From assembly GCF_964213995.1 (NCBI RefSeq), contig NW_027590187.1, forward strand, positions 434,001 through 498,000: 64,000 nucleotides of DNA, read 5' to 3'. Position 1 is the first letter of the stretch; each line of letters starts with the position of its first letter. Of this stretch, positions 52,848 through 64,000 are shown in pieces. The stretch comes from Mustelus asterias (lineage: Eukaryota). The position numbers and the translations under genes were made by a program. The notes under the pieces are model-generated. The model made no database searches, was not told the origin of the DNA, and saw only the letters and a program-made list of their open reading frames with translations.

Positions 52848-53920
52848 TGCAGGTATTTTGCATTGAACTCAAATTCCACCAGCTACCGTGGCGGGATTTG
52901 AGCACGGATCCAGACAGAAATTAGTTGAGTTTCGGGATCAATATTCCAGCGATAATACCACAAAGACATCGCCCCCAAAATTCCCTCCAAATGAGTGGCT
53001 TGGCCGGCCACCTTTGAGGGCAGCTCAGAGTCAACCGCATTGCTATTGGTCGGGAGTCACATACAGGCCAGACAAGGTAAGAATTCCTTCCCTAAAGAGC
53101 ATCAGTTTATCAGTTGTTGTTTCTTTTTCTACGACAATCGAATTCCAGACATTTTTATTGATGTCGAATTTCACCATCTGCCGTGGCGGTGGATGTGTGA
53201 GTGTTTATATGAGTGTGCGTTTGAGAGAGAGATTAACTCATTTTCATTCTGCTTGTGAGTGCGGATTATTCCCCTATATTCCCTCACAAACAATGTGATC
53301 CCTTTGAACCGGTGAATTCTTATTTTTTTAAAAATACTTGTACCCTTGTGACCCTGATGGGCGGATGGGAGGTGTGGTGAGCATTGAAGACAATGCCGCA
53401 GGGTGCTGAGTGTAAAACAGCCGATTTTAAAGCGTGTGTGTAGGAAAGTGAAGAGTGAACTTGTCTGTGAGAAGATCACAGAAAAGCTGTATCTGGAGCT
53501 GCGTAAAAGAGACAGGTTTTGGTTGTCAGACAATGACCTCCTGTAATGAAGGCACAAAATCAGAACCAGGAAATGCTGGAAATGTTCTGCAGCTCCGAAA
53601 GCAGCTGTGGAGAGATATTCATGTCACCAGGATGTAACTCTCCAATTGAATACATCATGTTGCTCAGATCTGACCCTCTCAACACCTTCATGGAAGGAAC
53701 AGGGAGGGCGGGAATTGGGTCTTTGTTGATTTGGGCGAACAGAACAATGCAGCAATGAGAAACTGCTCACCCCCCGGCGGCTTGGAGAAGGATGGGACTC
53801 AGATACGAGCCTCTGGCTGGGATTGACAAATGGAAAAAACACATCGAGTTTTAAATGTAATAACAATAAAGATGGAATTCAAATCGATTTGTGCAGAGTT
53901 TTTACGCTAGTTCCAGTGTA

Positions 53921-54003
53921 GGCAGGATGGCCGAGCGGTCTAAGGCGCTGCGTTTAGATCGCAGTCTCCTCTGGAGGCGTCTGTTCAAATCCCACTCCTG
54001 ACA
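53921..54003 (+). pseudogene. tRNA-Leu pseudogene with a CAG-type body and anticodon TAG
   Basis: 83 nt; T-stem GTCTG/CCCAC mismatched; G2:A71 mismatch. Confidence 0.85.
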
Positions 54004-54768
54004 ATTGTTATTGCGTCGCGAGGCACCTTCGAAACGCAAGGCAACTCTCACCTGGCTGCACATGGGCAGCAGATGCAGAACAACAACAACGACGACGACC
54101 TGCAAGATCCACTCCATCCTGACTTGGAAATATATCGCCTTTGCTGTGGCCAGCTCACAATCCTGGAACTCTATCCCGAACAACAGTGTATATACACAGA
54201 CACCACATGGACTGCAGTGGCTCAAGAATGAGTTCACCGCCAATTACTGAGAAGTATTTAAATTGATCAATAAATGCTTCCCAGGCCAGTGACACACATA
54301 TCCCGTATGAATGAAGTATTAAAAAATAACCAACTTTAGAATAGTAAATTATACGTGTGAATCAAATCCTGAACACGGCTACTTTTATACCAGATGTGTG
54401 CCTGAAAACAGTAAATGGAACCAGCTCAATGATTAGCGGAAGAGTTTCACTGAGTGATGTGTGCGATTCCCTCTGATGTGCTTGTTCAATGTCGGGGAAA
54501 GGCGGATTTGAAATGTTTACTGGGAATTCGGTGCAGTCTCGATGGGCCACTGTGGGATTCAATTATTTTCTTTCATGAATCTATCCGAGATCCCATAGCA
54601 TCTGGGGAGAGAGAAACGGTCGTTCCCGTGAAAGGTCTGCATCTGAAATGTGAACGACCTCTATTTTCTCAGATACGTTCCAGATCTGGCAGTATCTCTT
54701 TTTTCACAAACACCAACAGATCTGGAGCTTATTTCCAGCATTCTGCTGCACCAGGAGTAGCAGTATCA

Positions 54769-54844
54769 GGCTCTGCAGCTGAGTTGGTTAAAGCCCATGT
54801 CTAGCAACAGGTAGATCCTGGTTTCACGGACACGAGCAGTGCCT
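54769..54844 (+). pseudogene. Highly degenerate tRNA-Thr(AGT)
   Basis: GGCTCTG..GCTGAGTTGGTTAAAGC...TGTCTAG..ACAGG.AGATCCTGG...GTGCCT; T-loop destroyed. Confidence 0.7.
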
Positions 54845-55919
54845 TGATTACTTTCACGTGATCTTTCAAGTGTTCATTGCAATTACTCAAGTTACAATGT
54901 CCCTTTCCTGCTTGTCAATATTGTCTTTCCCTTTACAGTGGATGATCTACAAAGATGAAACAAACACAGATTTCGAGACTCCCCACGAGTATCTCGACTG
55001 TTTATTTACACTATTCGGTTATTTTCATCATTTTGCAGTAAAAAATAATCTCCAATAAACCCAATGCTGTAAATTCTACAAAGACAGTTTTCCTTTTTAT
55101 TTCCTCAGGGAATTTCTAACACAGTCAAATGGCCTGAGAATCACACAATCCCGACAGTGCTGAAAGAGACCATTCTGCCCATCGGGCCTGTACCGACTCT
55201 CCGACAGAGAATCGCACACAGGACCTTTCCACCCCGCTAATCTACCGATACAAACACCTTGGGGAATCTAGCATGGCCAATCCACACAACCTGCTCATCT
55301 TTGGGCTGTGGGAGGAAACCGGAGCACTCGGTTTCCTGGGATAACTTGCTTCGGTGAATGCAGCTTGTACAGCACTACAGTTTGGCACCATCCAGGACAA
55401 AGCATCCCACGTCATTCCCTTCCCATACATAAAAATTCACTCCGTTCGCTACCAATACACAACGGCAGCAGTGTACACCATCTACAAGATGAACTGCACA
55501 ACTCAGCAAGGCTACTTTGCCAGCACCTTCCCAAACCCACGACCACTACAGCCGAGAAGGACAAGCGCAGCAGACACATCAGAATAATACCACTAGGTTG
55601 CACGGCGCTGATATTTAGTTATTGATTGTAGTTATTTATAAGTTGTTGTCGTTCAGTGTGTGTTCTTTAATCTTCTTTATCTTCCAATGGAAGCGAAATA
55701 TCTAATTGAAAAATTACTATTTCTAACCCAACCAGCGAATGTTGTGTCAAACTTTAAGAAAGCCCCCGGGGATTGCGATTTCTTCTCGAGTCAGTGGTTT
55801 CCCTGGGAGCCGAGTAAACAGAAACAGCATGGAGAGATGGCAGAGCAGGAAATGTCGGTGCCAAACAGAATCAGATCAATGAAGGAGCAAGCTGTTTGTT
55901 ACGAATCTGATCCAAAATT

Positions 55920-56010
55920 CGACTCTGGTGGGATTCGAACCCACAACCTTTGAATTGCTAAGCTGCCATCTTTTAGAAGTCCAACGCGCTATCCATTGCG
56001 CCACAGAGCC
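55920..56010 (-). tRNA. tRNA-Arg(TCT) with an 18-nt intron (55956-55973), apparently intact
   Basis: Canonical exons, intron after position 37, TTTT terminator directly downstream. Confidence 0.95.
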
Positions 56011-57849
56011 GCGCGCTAGGAATTCACTTCTCAGGTCCATACATGGATGCATGACAAGGTAGAAACGACTGGTAAGTTCAGAACTCTCGTAGTTAAAATG
56101 TCAAGAACTGTTGAGAGGAACTTCATTGATTGCAAGTCATGTTGGGGCATCTTATGTCTGTTCAGAAGGCTGTGGAAATACAAACCTTTGTGTCCTTTAT
56201 ACGGGAAACCTGTCCATCACAGAATGATCCTCCCTGTCTCTCCTCCTCATTCTCCTGTACATCTTGGAGATTAATCTCGCGGTTTTGATAGTCGGGAGAC
56301 ACATTCCACTCTATCTGTCACAGGACTGATCAGAACCTGTTCCCTGTTCCAGGGAAACATCTGCACAGAACACAACGCAAAGCTGGAAGCTGGAAATCTG
56401 AAAGAAACACAAAAAATGCTGGAAATGCTCACCAGGTGTGGCAACATTTTTGATTAATGGAGATTTCCATAAAACCAGTTCCTGAAGCAGAGCACAGCTG
56501 CACAGTTTAAAGTTTCCTTTCATCAACAATGGATGCTCCATTCTATGATTTTGAATAATTCAAATTGATAATCTGCATTGGTATTCTAGTCGCCACAGCC
56601 CTGAAAATCACTTCAGGCATTGAGGTCACCCTTGGATTTTAAACTTGAAAACCCAATCTCTATCTTTTTAAAGCTATGATTGAAACTGTATCCAATACCC
56701 GCTCAGTCCTTTGTGAAAGAGAAGGAGAATTGAAAATATATTTGAATAACTTTCCTTTGACTCAATTTGTACAGAAGCATAAAGGTGGGAATCACACACA
56801 GCACTTCATGAAACTCACCCGCAAAACATTGAAAGGTGACAGTGTTTATTCAAGGGATGGTTCTATTTATTCATTCATTATTAATGGAGAATAGAAAAGT
56901 TGGAACAGTATGCAATCTGGGCAATATAACTGATCAAAGTGAAACACAATGGATACTGGGCAGAGTAAGCCTACCATGGGCAATAGACAAAGTGAAGGTG
57001 CGACATTGACGGAGTTGTCAGATGGAGCAGGGAGTCGTTGCAGAGTGAAGGGACATAGGAAAGTAGGTGTGCTAAATGTTTAATGTTCACAGTACAAGTA
57101 GATGGTGAAATGCAGACTCCAGGCTGGATATTCAGTGGGTTCTGAAATGTGTGGAGAGACTGCGGCATCTTGGTGTGGTAAAGGTGCAATACGGATTAGG
57201 AACGCTAAATGTTTTTATATAAAATATAAATTGTTTTATATCGTCTCTCCTTGATCTTCGGACCAAGATGTATCAGTTCACACTTCCTTACATTAATTAA
57301 GTTGCAATATGTCACGTGTCTGCACATTCCACGAGCCTGTCCATATCTTCTTGAAGATTATCAATATCCTTCTCACTAAAGTTCATAATCTTTTCAAGTT
57401 TTGCACCACTGGTAAATTTTGAGATTGAAACCTGTACACCCAGATATAGGTCAATAATATCTGTCAAGAAAAGCAAGTTTCTCTTTATGTACTACCCCAA
57501 TTATAAATAGATAAAACTTTGTGTAATATATGCTTTAATAGGTTTGTACTAATAATTAAACCGTTGCATAATGAAATTCTAACCATGCTAAACAACAATG
57601 ATTCAAAATGCCACTTGGTTGAAAAGAGAATACCGACTGGTGCTAATACTTTCACTTAAAAATACTTAAAAAGCATAGCCTTGCTGATTCATGGGTATTT
57701 AAATGGTGAATACAGAGCAAAGCAGCGTACTGGTCAATTTCGAATTGGTATGGCCAACATATTTAATATTCCGAAATTCCTCCGTCCCAGGTTCAATATA
57801 ATGTGAACATTTCCTGTCTGTTGTATCCCTCTCTGTCTAAACTTCAGAC

Positions 57850-57989
57850 CCCACTCACCTGAAGAAGGGGCTTGCAGCTCCGAAAGCTTGTGTGGCTTTT
57901 GCTACCAAATAAACCTGTTGGACTTTAACCTGGTGTTGTTAAACTTCTTACTGTGTTTACCCCAGTCCAACGCCGGCATCTCCACATCG
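57850..57989 (+). mobile_element. 140-bp Penelope solo pLTR with tail
   Basis: Perfect 11-bp TSD AAACTTCAGAC at 57839-57849 and 57990-58000. Confidence 0.92.
57851..57895 (+). ncRNA. Minimal type-I hammerhead motif
   Basis: CCA-CT-CAC-CTGAAGA-A-GGGGCT-TGC-AGCTCC-GAAAGCTT-GTG-TGG. Confidence 0.8.
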
Positions 57990-59898
57990 AAACTTCAGAC
58001 GACCAGAGTGTGCTGACATCTACTGGCCGCAATACAGAACTGCAGTAGAGCAGAGATAAAAGACATGAACTATCGCTTTTGCAGAGACAGATCAAACAGG
58101 AATTAATGATTGGATGTCAGCCTTATATCCCATGGAGAATTCAATGTTAATGTACTTTCCCATGTAGTCAATATAACTTGCAATTTGCTATTACCTGGAG
58201 CAGTTGAGTCGACTAGCACCAATGTACTAAAGGGAAACCTAGGCAATAAGACGATGGAGAATGAATTTCAGAGATAAGTAGATGCTGTTACATTGAAGAT
58301 TTAGAGTAGAGGATCGTATGGAATCATGTACTAATTAGAACAAAAGGCCCGGTTCCAATTAGGTATCTTGCGGGTAGAATGTGTACAGATTTGCAAAATC
58401 TCTCACATAGATTTAAAATGAATATCACACACATATGTCGCACCAGAGACAGAGCGATACAGAATGAGTCCAACACTCATACATACAGAATCTCAGAATG
58501 CATACAACAAAGAAAGGGAGACCATTCGGCCCTTTGCCTGTGTGCTGGTCTGTACAAGAACGACTCAGCTCTTCCCTTTCCCAGTCCTTGTCTCATATCC
58601 CTGCAAATCCTTTCACTTCAGGTGCTGAACCCATTCCCCTTTGATAGCCCTGATTTGATGCTGCCTCTGCCACAGTCTCGGGCAGTGCAATCCAGGTCCT
58701 AATCACTCAGCGCATTAAAAACCATCCTTCTCTCCTTTGCCAATTGGAACAATATTTTTTTTCATTTTCTCTCCTTAGACTGCACCCACAAACCCACCAC
58801 CTCTACCACCTCGAAGGACAGCGGCAGCAGATACATGCGAGCACCAGCACTGCAATCTCCACCACCTCCCGCTTCCACACCGCCTCCCCCCCTCCCCGCA
58901 CCCACCCCCCCCCCCCCCCCCCCATCACCCCCGCCCCAAACCGGCGTCTAACCCACTCACCGTCCTGACATGGAAATACATCGCGGCTCCTTCACTGCTG
59001 CAGTGGCAAAATCCTGAAAGACTGTTTGGCTAACAGCATTGGGGCTGTACCGACACCTCAGGGAATGCAGCAGTACAAGAAAACAACAAACCACCACCTT
59101 CTTAAGGTCAGTTAGTGATTGGCAATGAATGCTGGCCTAGTCAGTGATGCCCACCTCTCGAAATAAATAAAAACTCGCAACTACAACTGGAGACAGACAG
59201 ATACAGAACACATCTCACTGACATGCATGTATTGGATACAATATGAATCCCCAATCACATTCGCTAACAGAGGGTAAAAGACAGTCGAAATTGGGCGATC
59301 CTATTTCAGTTGCAGTTTAACCAGAATTTTATGCAAGAACAGAGAACATCTTCACACAACCTGCAACATTTTAACCCAGTATGGAACATCATGAGAGCAG
59401 ATAATTAACATTTGCTGAACAGAAAACATCTTCACGGAGAATATTTTGACTCAAGTGGGAACACGTTTACGCAGCAGGGCATATATTAACAGAATATTTA
59501 AAAAATATTGACACAAAATGGATCATATTTACACAGGCGGAAATACATTGACAGCATCAGGGAGACATGCTACACAACAACAGAAAACACCTCTCAACAA
59601 CATAGAGCACAGTTACACAGCAGGAAATATATGTACAAACATGGATTTGCAACAGAAAATTCGTTTAAAAATCAGTGATCGATCCTGCAATTCCGTTTCT
59701 TGCCGTTTTCCCAGCACCTTTGTCTGTCGTTACATGCATCCAAGCAGTCTCTCTTGCTGCTATTGTGTGTTTTTCTCTGTCGATTGTATTCTCGGTGTGA
59801 TGCAGTGATGCCTCCTCACACTCGTATTCCTGTTAAAGGATACAGGAGTGAAAATCTGCCTGGATACATTGATAGACAGCAAGGGTGGCTTGTGGCGT

Positions 59899-59970
59899 AG
59901 CAGAGTGGCGCAGCGGAAGCGTGCTGGGCCCATAACCCAGAGGTCGATGGATCAAAACCATCCTCTGCTA
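59899..59970 (+). tRNA. Initiator tRNA-Met(CAT)
   Basis: A1-T72 pair, three G-C pairs in the anticodon stem, initiator-type T-loop (ATCAAAA, G57 changed to A). Confidence 0.93.
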
Positions 59971-61129
59971 TTCATGTTCACACTTATGGTGCAGTAGCAT
60001 GACGATAATCGCATATAATTTGTGACTTTAACATGGCGAAGACAGGTATTTGGCTTCTCTTTCCCGCAAAAAAACTTCGATCTGCAGCCAGCGTTTTACA
60101 GAAGAAGAGGGAACATCTTAACACAACACGCAACGATTTACTGACAAAAACATCTTCACGGAGAATCTTTGTACACATCAGGGAATACGTTTGCAAGAGA
60201 AGGGGAAATATTAACAGAACAGAAGAAAAAAATATTTACAGAGCCGGAAACACAACAACAGGGAAGGATTTTACACAACAGCAGATAAAAAAGCTCTCAA
60301 CAACATTTGAGACAGTTGCCTGGGTAAGATGGGTCTGGAGGGATATTGGCCAAACGCGGTTAATTGGGAATGGCTCCGAGGTAAAAAAAAACTGGGCGGC
60401 ATGGACACTTTGGGCCGAAGGGCCTGTTTCCATGCTGGAACACTCTACATCACAGAGCACAGCAGGAAATATATGTATAAACAGTAAAACACTTGCACAA
60501 CAACAGCGAACATCTCAGTGTAAATGCTGAGTCAACGCTTCCATTCCTGTCCTCTGAGCAGACGAGTGGCAGATAAAGTAAAAGTAAAGTAAAGTGAACT
60601 TTAAATAAAGTTTATATATTAGTCATAAGTAAGGATTTTGCCGAATAAATACTGCAATGAAGTTAATGTGAAATTCCCCCAGTCGCCATACTCCAGGATC
60701 TGTTCGCGTCAAGGGATCTCGGTTTCTAAGTACAACAATAATTGAAGTTGGTTGTGAATGTTGAGAGAGCAGAGAATAAAGCAAATGGCATCATACGTTT
60801 TCTTGGAGGATCGAATACATGAATAAGAAGGTCAAGTTGAGCTTTTAAGTACATTAGACAGGCCTCACCTGGAGCACTGAGTCCAGTTCTGGGCATCACA
60901 ATTGAAGAAGATTGTGAAGACATTGGAGAGAGTGCAAAGGAGATTCCCATGAATGATTCTATTGATCACGACCTGCAGCATTGAAGATAGATTTGAGAAG
61001 TTGGGTATTTTTCATGAGGCAAATAAGTCTGAGAGGACCTGTAGAGGGACAGGTGGCATTGAGGAAGCAGGCGTGGGGTGGGTGGGGCGCGGGGGGGGGG
61101 GGGGGGGGCGGTGGTGCGGGGGTGGTGGG

Positions 61130-61970
61130 TGGCTGCTGCAGAAGGACTTGGACAGGCTAGGAGTGTGAGCAGAGAAGTGGCAGATCGAATGCAATGTGGA
61201 AAACTGTGAGGTTATGCACTATGGAAGGAGGAATAGAAGCATAGACTATTTTCTAAATGGGGAAATGTCTCGGAAATCAGAAACACAAAGGGACTTGGGA
61301 GACCGAGTTCAAGTTTTTCTTAAGGTTAATGTGCAGGTGCAGCCGGCATTTAGGAGGGCAAATGCAATGTCGAGACGGTTAGAATACAAGAACAGGGATG
61401 TACTTCAGAGGCCGACAAAGACTCTGGTCAGACCCCATTTGGAGTATTATGAGCAGTTTGGGACCCGTATCTAAGGAAGGATGTGCTGGCCTTTTGAATG
61501 AGTCCAAAGGAGGGTCACAAGAATGATCCCTGGAATGAAGAGCTTGTTATATGAGGAACGGTTGAGGATTCTGGGTCTGCACTCGTTGGAGTTTAGAAGG
61601 ATGAGGGGGGATCTTATTGAAACTGAGGCCAGGATAGAGTGGACATGGAGAGGATGTTTCCACGAGTAGGAAAAACTAGAAGCAGAGGGCACAACCTCAG
61701 GCTAAAGGGACGTTCCTTGAACACAGAGATGAGGAGGAATTTCTTCAGCGAGAAAGTGGTGAATCTGTAGAACTCATTGCCGCAGAAGGCTGTGGAGGCG
61801 AGGTGATTGAGTGTTTTTTCAGACAGAGATAGATAGGTTCTTGATTAATAACGGGATCAGTGGTTATGGGAAAAAGACAGGAGAATGGGAATGAGATAAA
61901 TATATGATTGAATGGCGCAGCAGACTCGATGGGCAGAGTGGCCTAATTCCCCTCCTATGTCTTTTGGTCT
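61130..61970 (+). mobile_element. CR1 3' fragment
   Basis: LQKDLDRL...LVRPHLEY. Confidence 0.87.
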
Positions 61971-62999
61971 TTTATAAGAAAAAGAAGAGTGGCACAGTGG
62001 TTAGCACTGCTGCCGCACAATGACAGGGACCCGGATTCAATTCAGGCCTTGGGTGACTGCCTGTTTGCAATTTCCACATATTCTTTGTGTCCACATTGCT
62101 TTCCTCCGGGTGCTCTTGCCCCCTCCCCATCAACCCCCCCCCCTCCTCCCGCCGCCTCCCCCCCCCCCCGACACACACACACACAGACACACACACACAC
62201 TCACTCCATTGATAGGGTAAGTGAATTTACCATGCTAAATTCTCTCTGATGTGTCCCAGTATGTTTAGTTTAGAAAGATCAACAGGGTAAATATGTGAGG
62301 TTGCGTGAAGAGGTCAGAGAATCAGGGCAGACTCAATGGGCCGAATGTCCACCTTCTGCACTTTAGGGATATTATGACCAAGGTTTTCATCTTCCCGAGT
62401 TCATCAAGAACAAGATGTAAAATTTCAAACTGAGTGTCACAATTGCACCGAATCAATGCCGAATGTACACAACTTTGGACATTATAGGTACATATAGCAA
62501 GGCCAATCCACCTAACCTGCACATCGTGGAACCACGCGAGTAAACGAGAGCACCCAGGAAACCCACGGGGAGAATGTGCAGATTTTGCACAGTCACCAAC
62601 GGCCAGAAACAAACCCGGGTTTCTGGGGCTGTGAGGTGGGGGAGTGGGATTCGGTAGAATGCCGTTTCAATGAGGCAGTGTGGACTTGATGGGCCAAAAG
62701 GGTTGTAGTACATTGCAAATATTCCGTGGTTTGAGAATCTAAAACATGACCGTATTTACTGGAACAGCAGGCTTGAGGGGCCATGTGGTCCACTTCTGAT
62801 CCGATTTATTGTGCTGCTGGGTCTAAAAAGCTGCTAATTGATTTCTCATATCAGAATTTACTCCAAATACCATTCATGCATCAACCCTGTGCTCACTGAC
62901 AAACACTGACTCGTGGTTAAGTAATGCCTCAATGTTAAAATTCTTATCCCTGTTTCCAAATCCCTCCATGTCCTCAGCTCTTCCTCCCTTTCATGCCGT

Positions 63000-63331
63000 G
63001 GGCGGCACGGTAGCACAGTGGTTAGCACTGCTGCTTCACAGCTCCCGGGACTTGGGTTCGATTCCCGGCTTGGGTCACTGTCTGTGTGGAGTTTGCACAT
63101 TCTCCTCGTGTCTGCGTGGTTTTCCCCGGGAGCTCCGGTTTCCACCCACAATTCAAAGATGTGCGGGTTAGGTTGATTGGCTATGCTAAAATTGCCCCTA
63201 GTGTCCTGGGATGCATAGATTAGAGGGATTAGTGGGTAAAATATATGGAGGTACAGCCTGGGATGGGATTGTGGTCGGTGCAGACTCGATGGGCCGATTG
63301 GCCTCTTTCTGTACTGTATGTTTCTATGATT
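63000..63331 (+). mobile_element. Full-length HE1-like V-SINE (older copies at ~14020-14246, 30220-30445, 33260-33560, 41990-42205, 55137-55325, 61990-62375, 62500-62640)
   Basis: GGGCGGCACGGTAGCACAGTGGTTAGC head through TTTCTATGA tail. Confidence 0.92.
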
Positions 63332-63409
63332 CATCACCTCCAGCCCAAGAATCCTTTGAAATGTGTGAGCTCATCTGATTCTGGCCTCGTGAGCAACCCT
63401 CATTTGATT

Positions 63410-64000
63410 CTCTCCACCTGTGATTGACGTGCTTTCAGCCCTGGAAATTCAGCTCTGGAATTCCCTCTCTAAACGCCTCTGCTTCTCACTTGCGTTCCTT
63501 CCCGTTCATTCATTTCCTCTTTCCTTTCCCGCGGGTTTCATCTTATGCACAGTCTGACTTTTGACTCTTCAATTGCCATCAGCAAATAATAGTTCCACAA
63601 CTATAATTCTCTGAGCGATTCCACTTTAAGGATTCTTCCCGCCTCCAGCTCTCTGATTTCTCATTGGGATCAGCCCCGGATCGAATTGAATGACGCAATA
63701 GCGCTGGGCTGGGATTGACGCTCCGCGAGTCGCGCAAACTCGGCGCACACTGATTGGTCAGTGCGTTGCGATTGGCTAACGAAGATGTCAATCACATTAG
63801 GGCCGTGTTTTGTTCGCAGCGTGATCGTCATTTTCATTATTTTCTTAATTCAGTCGAATGGAGCTCACAGGTTGGACAAAGTAGCTGTCAATCAGTCGAC
63901 GCAGACCGTCCATTGAATAACAGTGATGCGTCAATTTCTGATTGGTTTTCCCAGCTGCCAGTCACAGGTCGATGGCGGGAATTTACCCTGGGCCCATCAG
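63410..64000 (+). promoter_or_regulatory. Paralog of the 51060-51720 promoter-like block; runs off the window end
   Basis: Collinear matches such as TTTAAGGATTCTT, CGGATCGAATTG.ATGACGCAAT, TCAATTTCTGATTGGTTTTC and CCCATCAG. Confidence 0.72.

Overview
Repeat-rich vertebrate DNA, most likely from a shark. The inference rests on HE1-like V-SINEs, CR1/HER1-like LINEs with an esterase ORF1, and Penelope GIY-YIG elements. The window is a dispersed replication-dependent histone locus: H2A, H2B and H1 ORFs with 3' stem-loops, an H2A cut by a CR1 insertion, a probable H4 cut by a Penelope insertion, and no H3. It is interleaved with about 15 tRNA genes or pseudogenes, of which 4-5 look intact. Most of the rest is CR1, SINE, Penelope and Rex1 debris plus a ~40-bp minisatellite. 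Four less obvious signals stand out: (1) two families of minimal type-I hammerhead ribozyme motifs in Penelope-type repeats, one with a U3-A8 core in a back-to-back palindrome; (2) three paralogous remnants of an unidentified spliced gene with an NF-Y/TALE-type promoter; (3) a tRNA-Arg(TCG)-derived gene with an intron-like insert at position 37/38; (4) an H2A whose only differences from its neighbour are non-synonymous. Gene, tRNA and ribozyme coordinates were counted by hand; boundaries of old repeats are approximate. No database searches were run.
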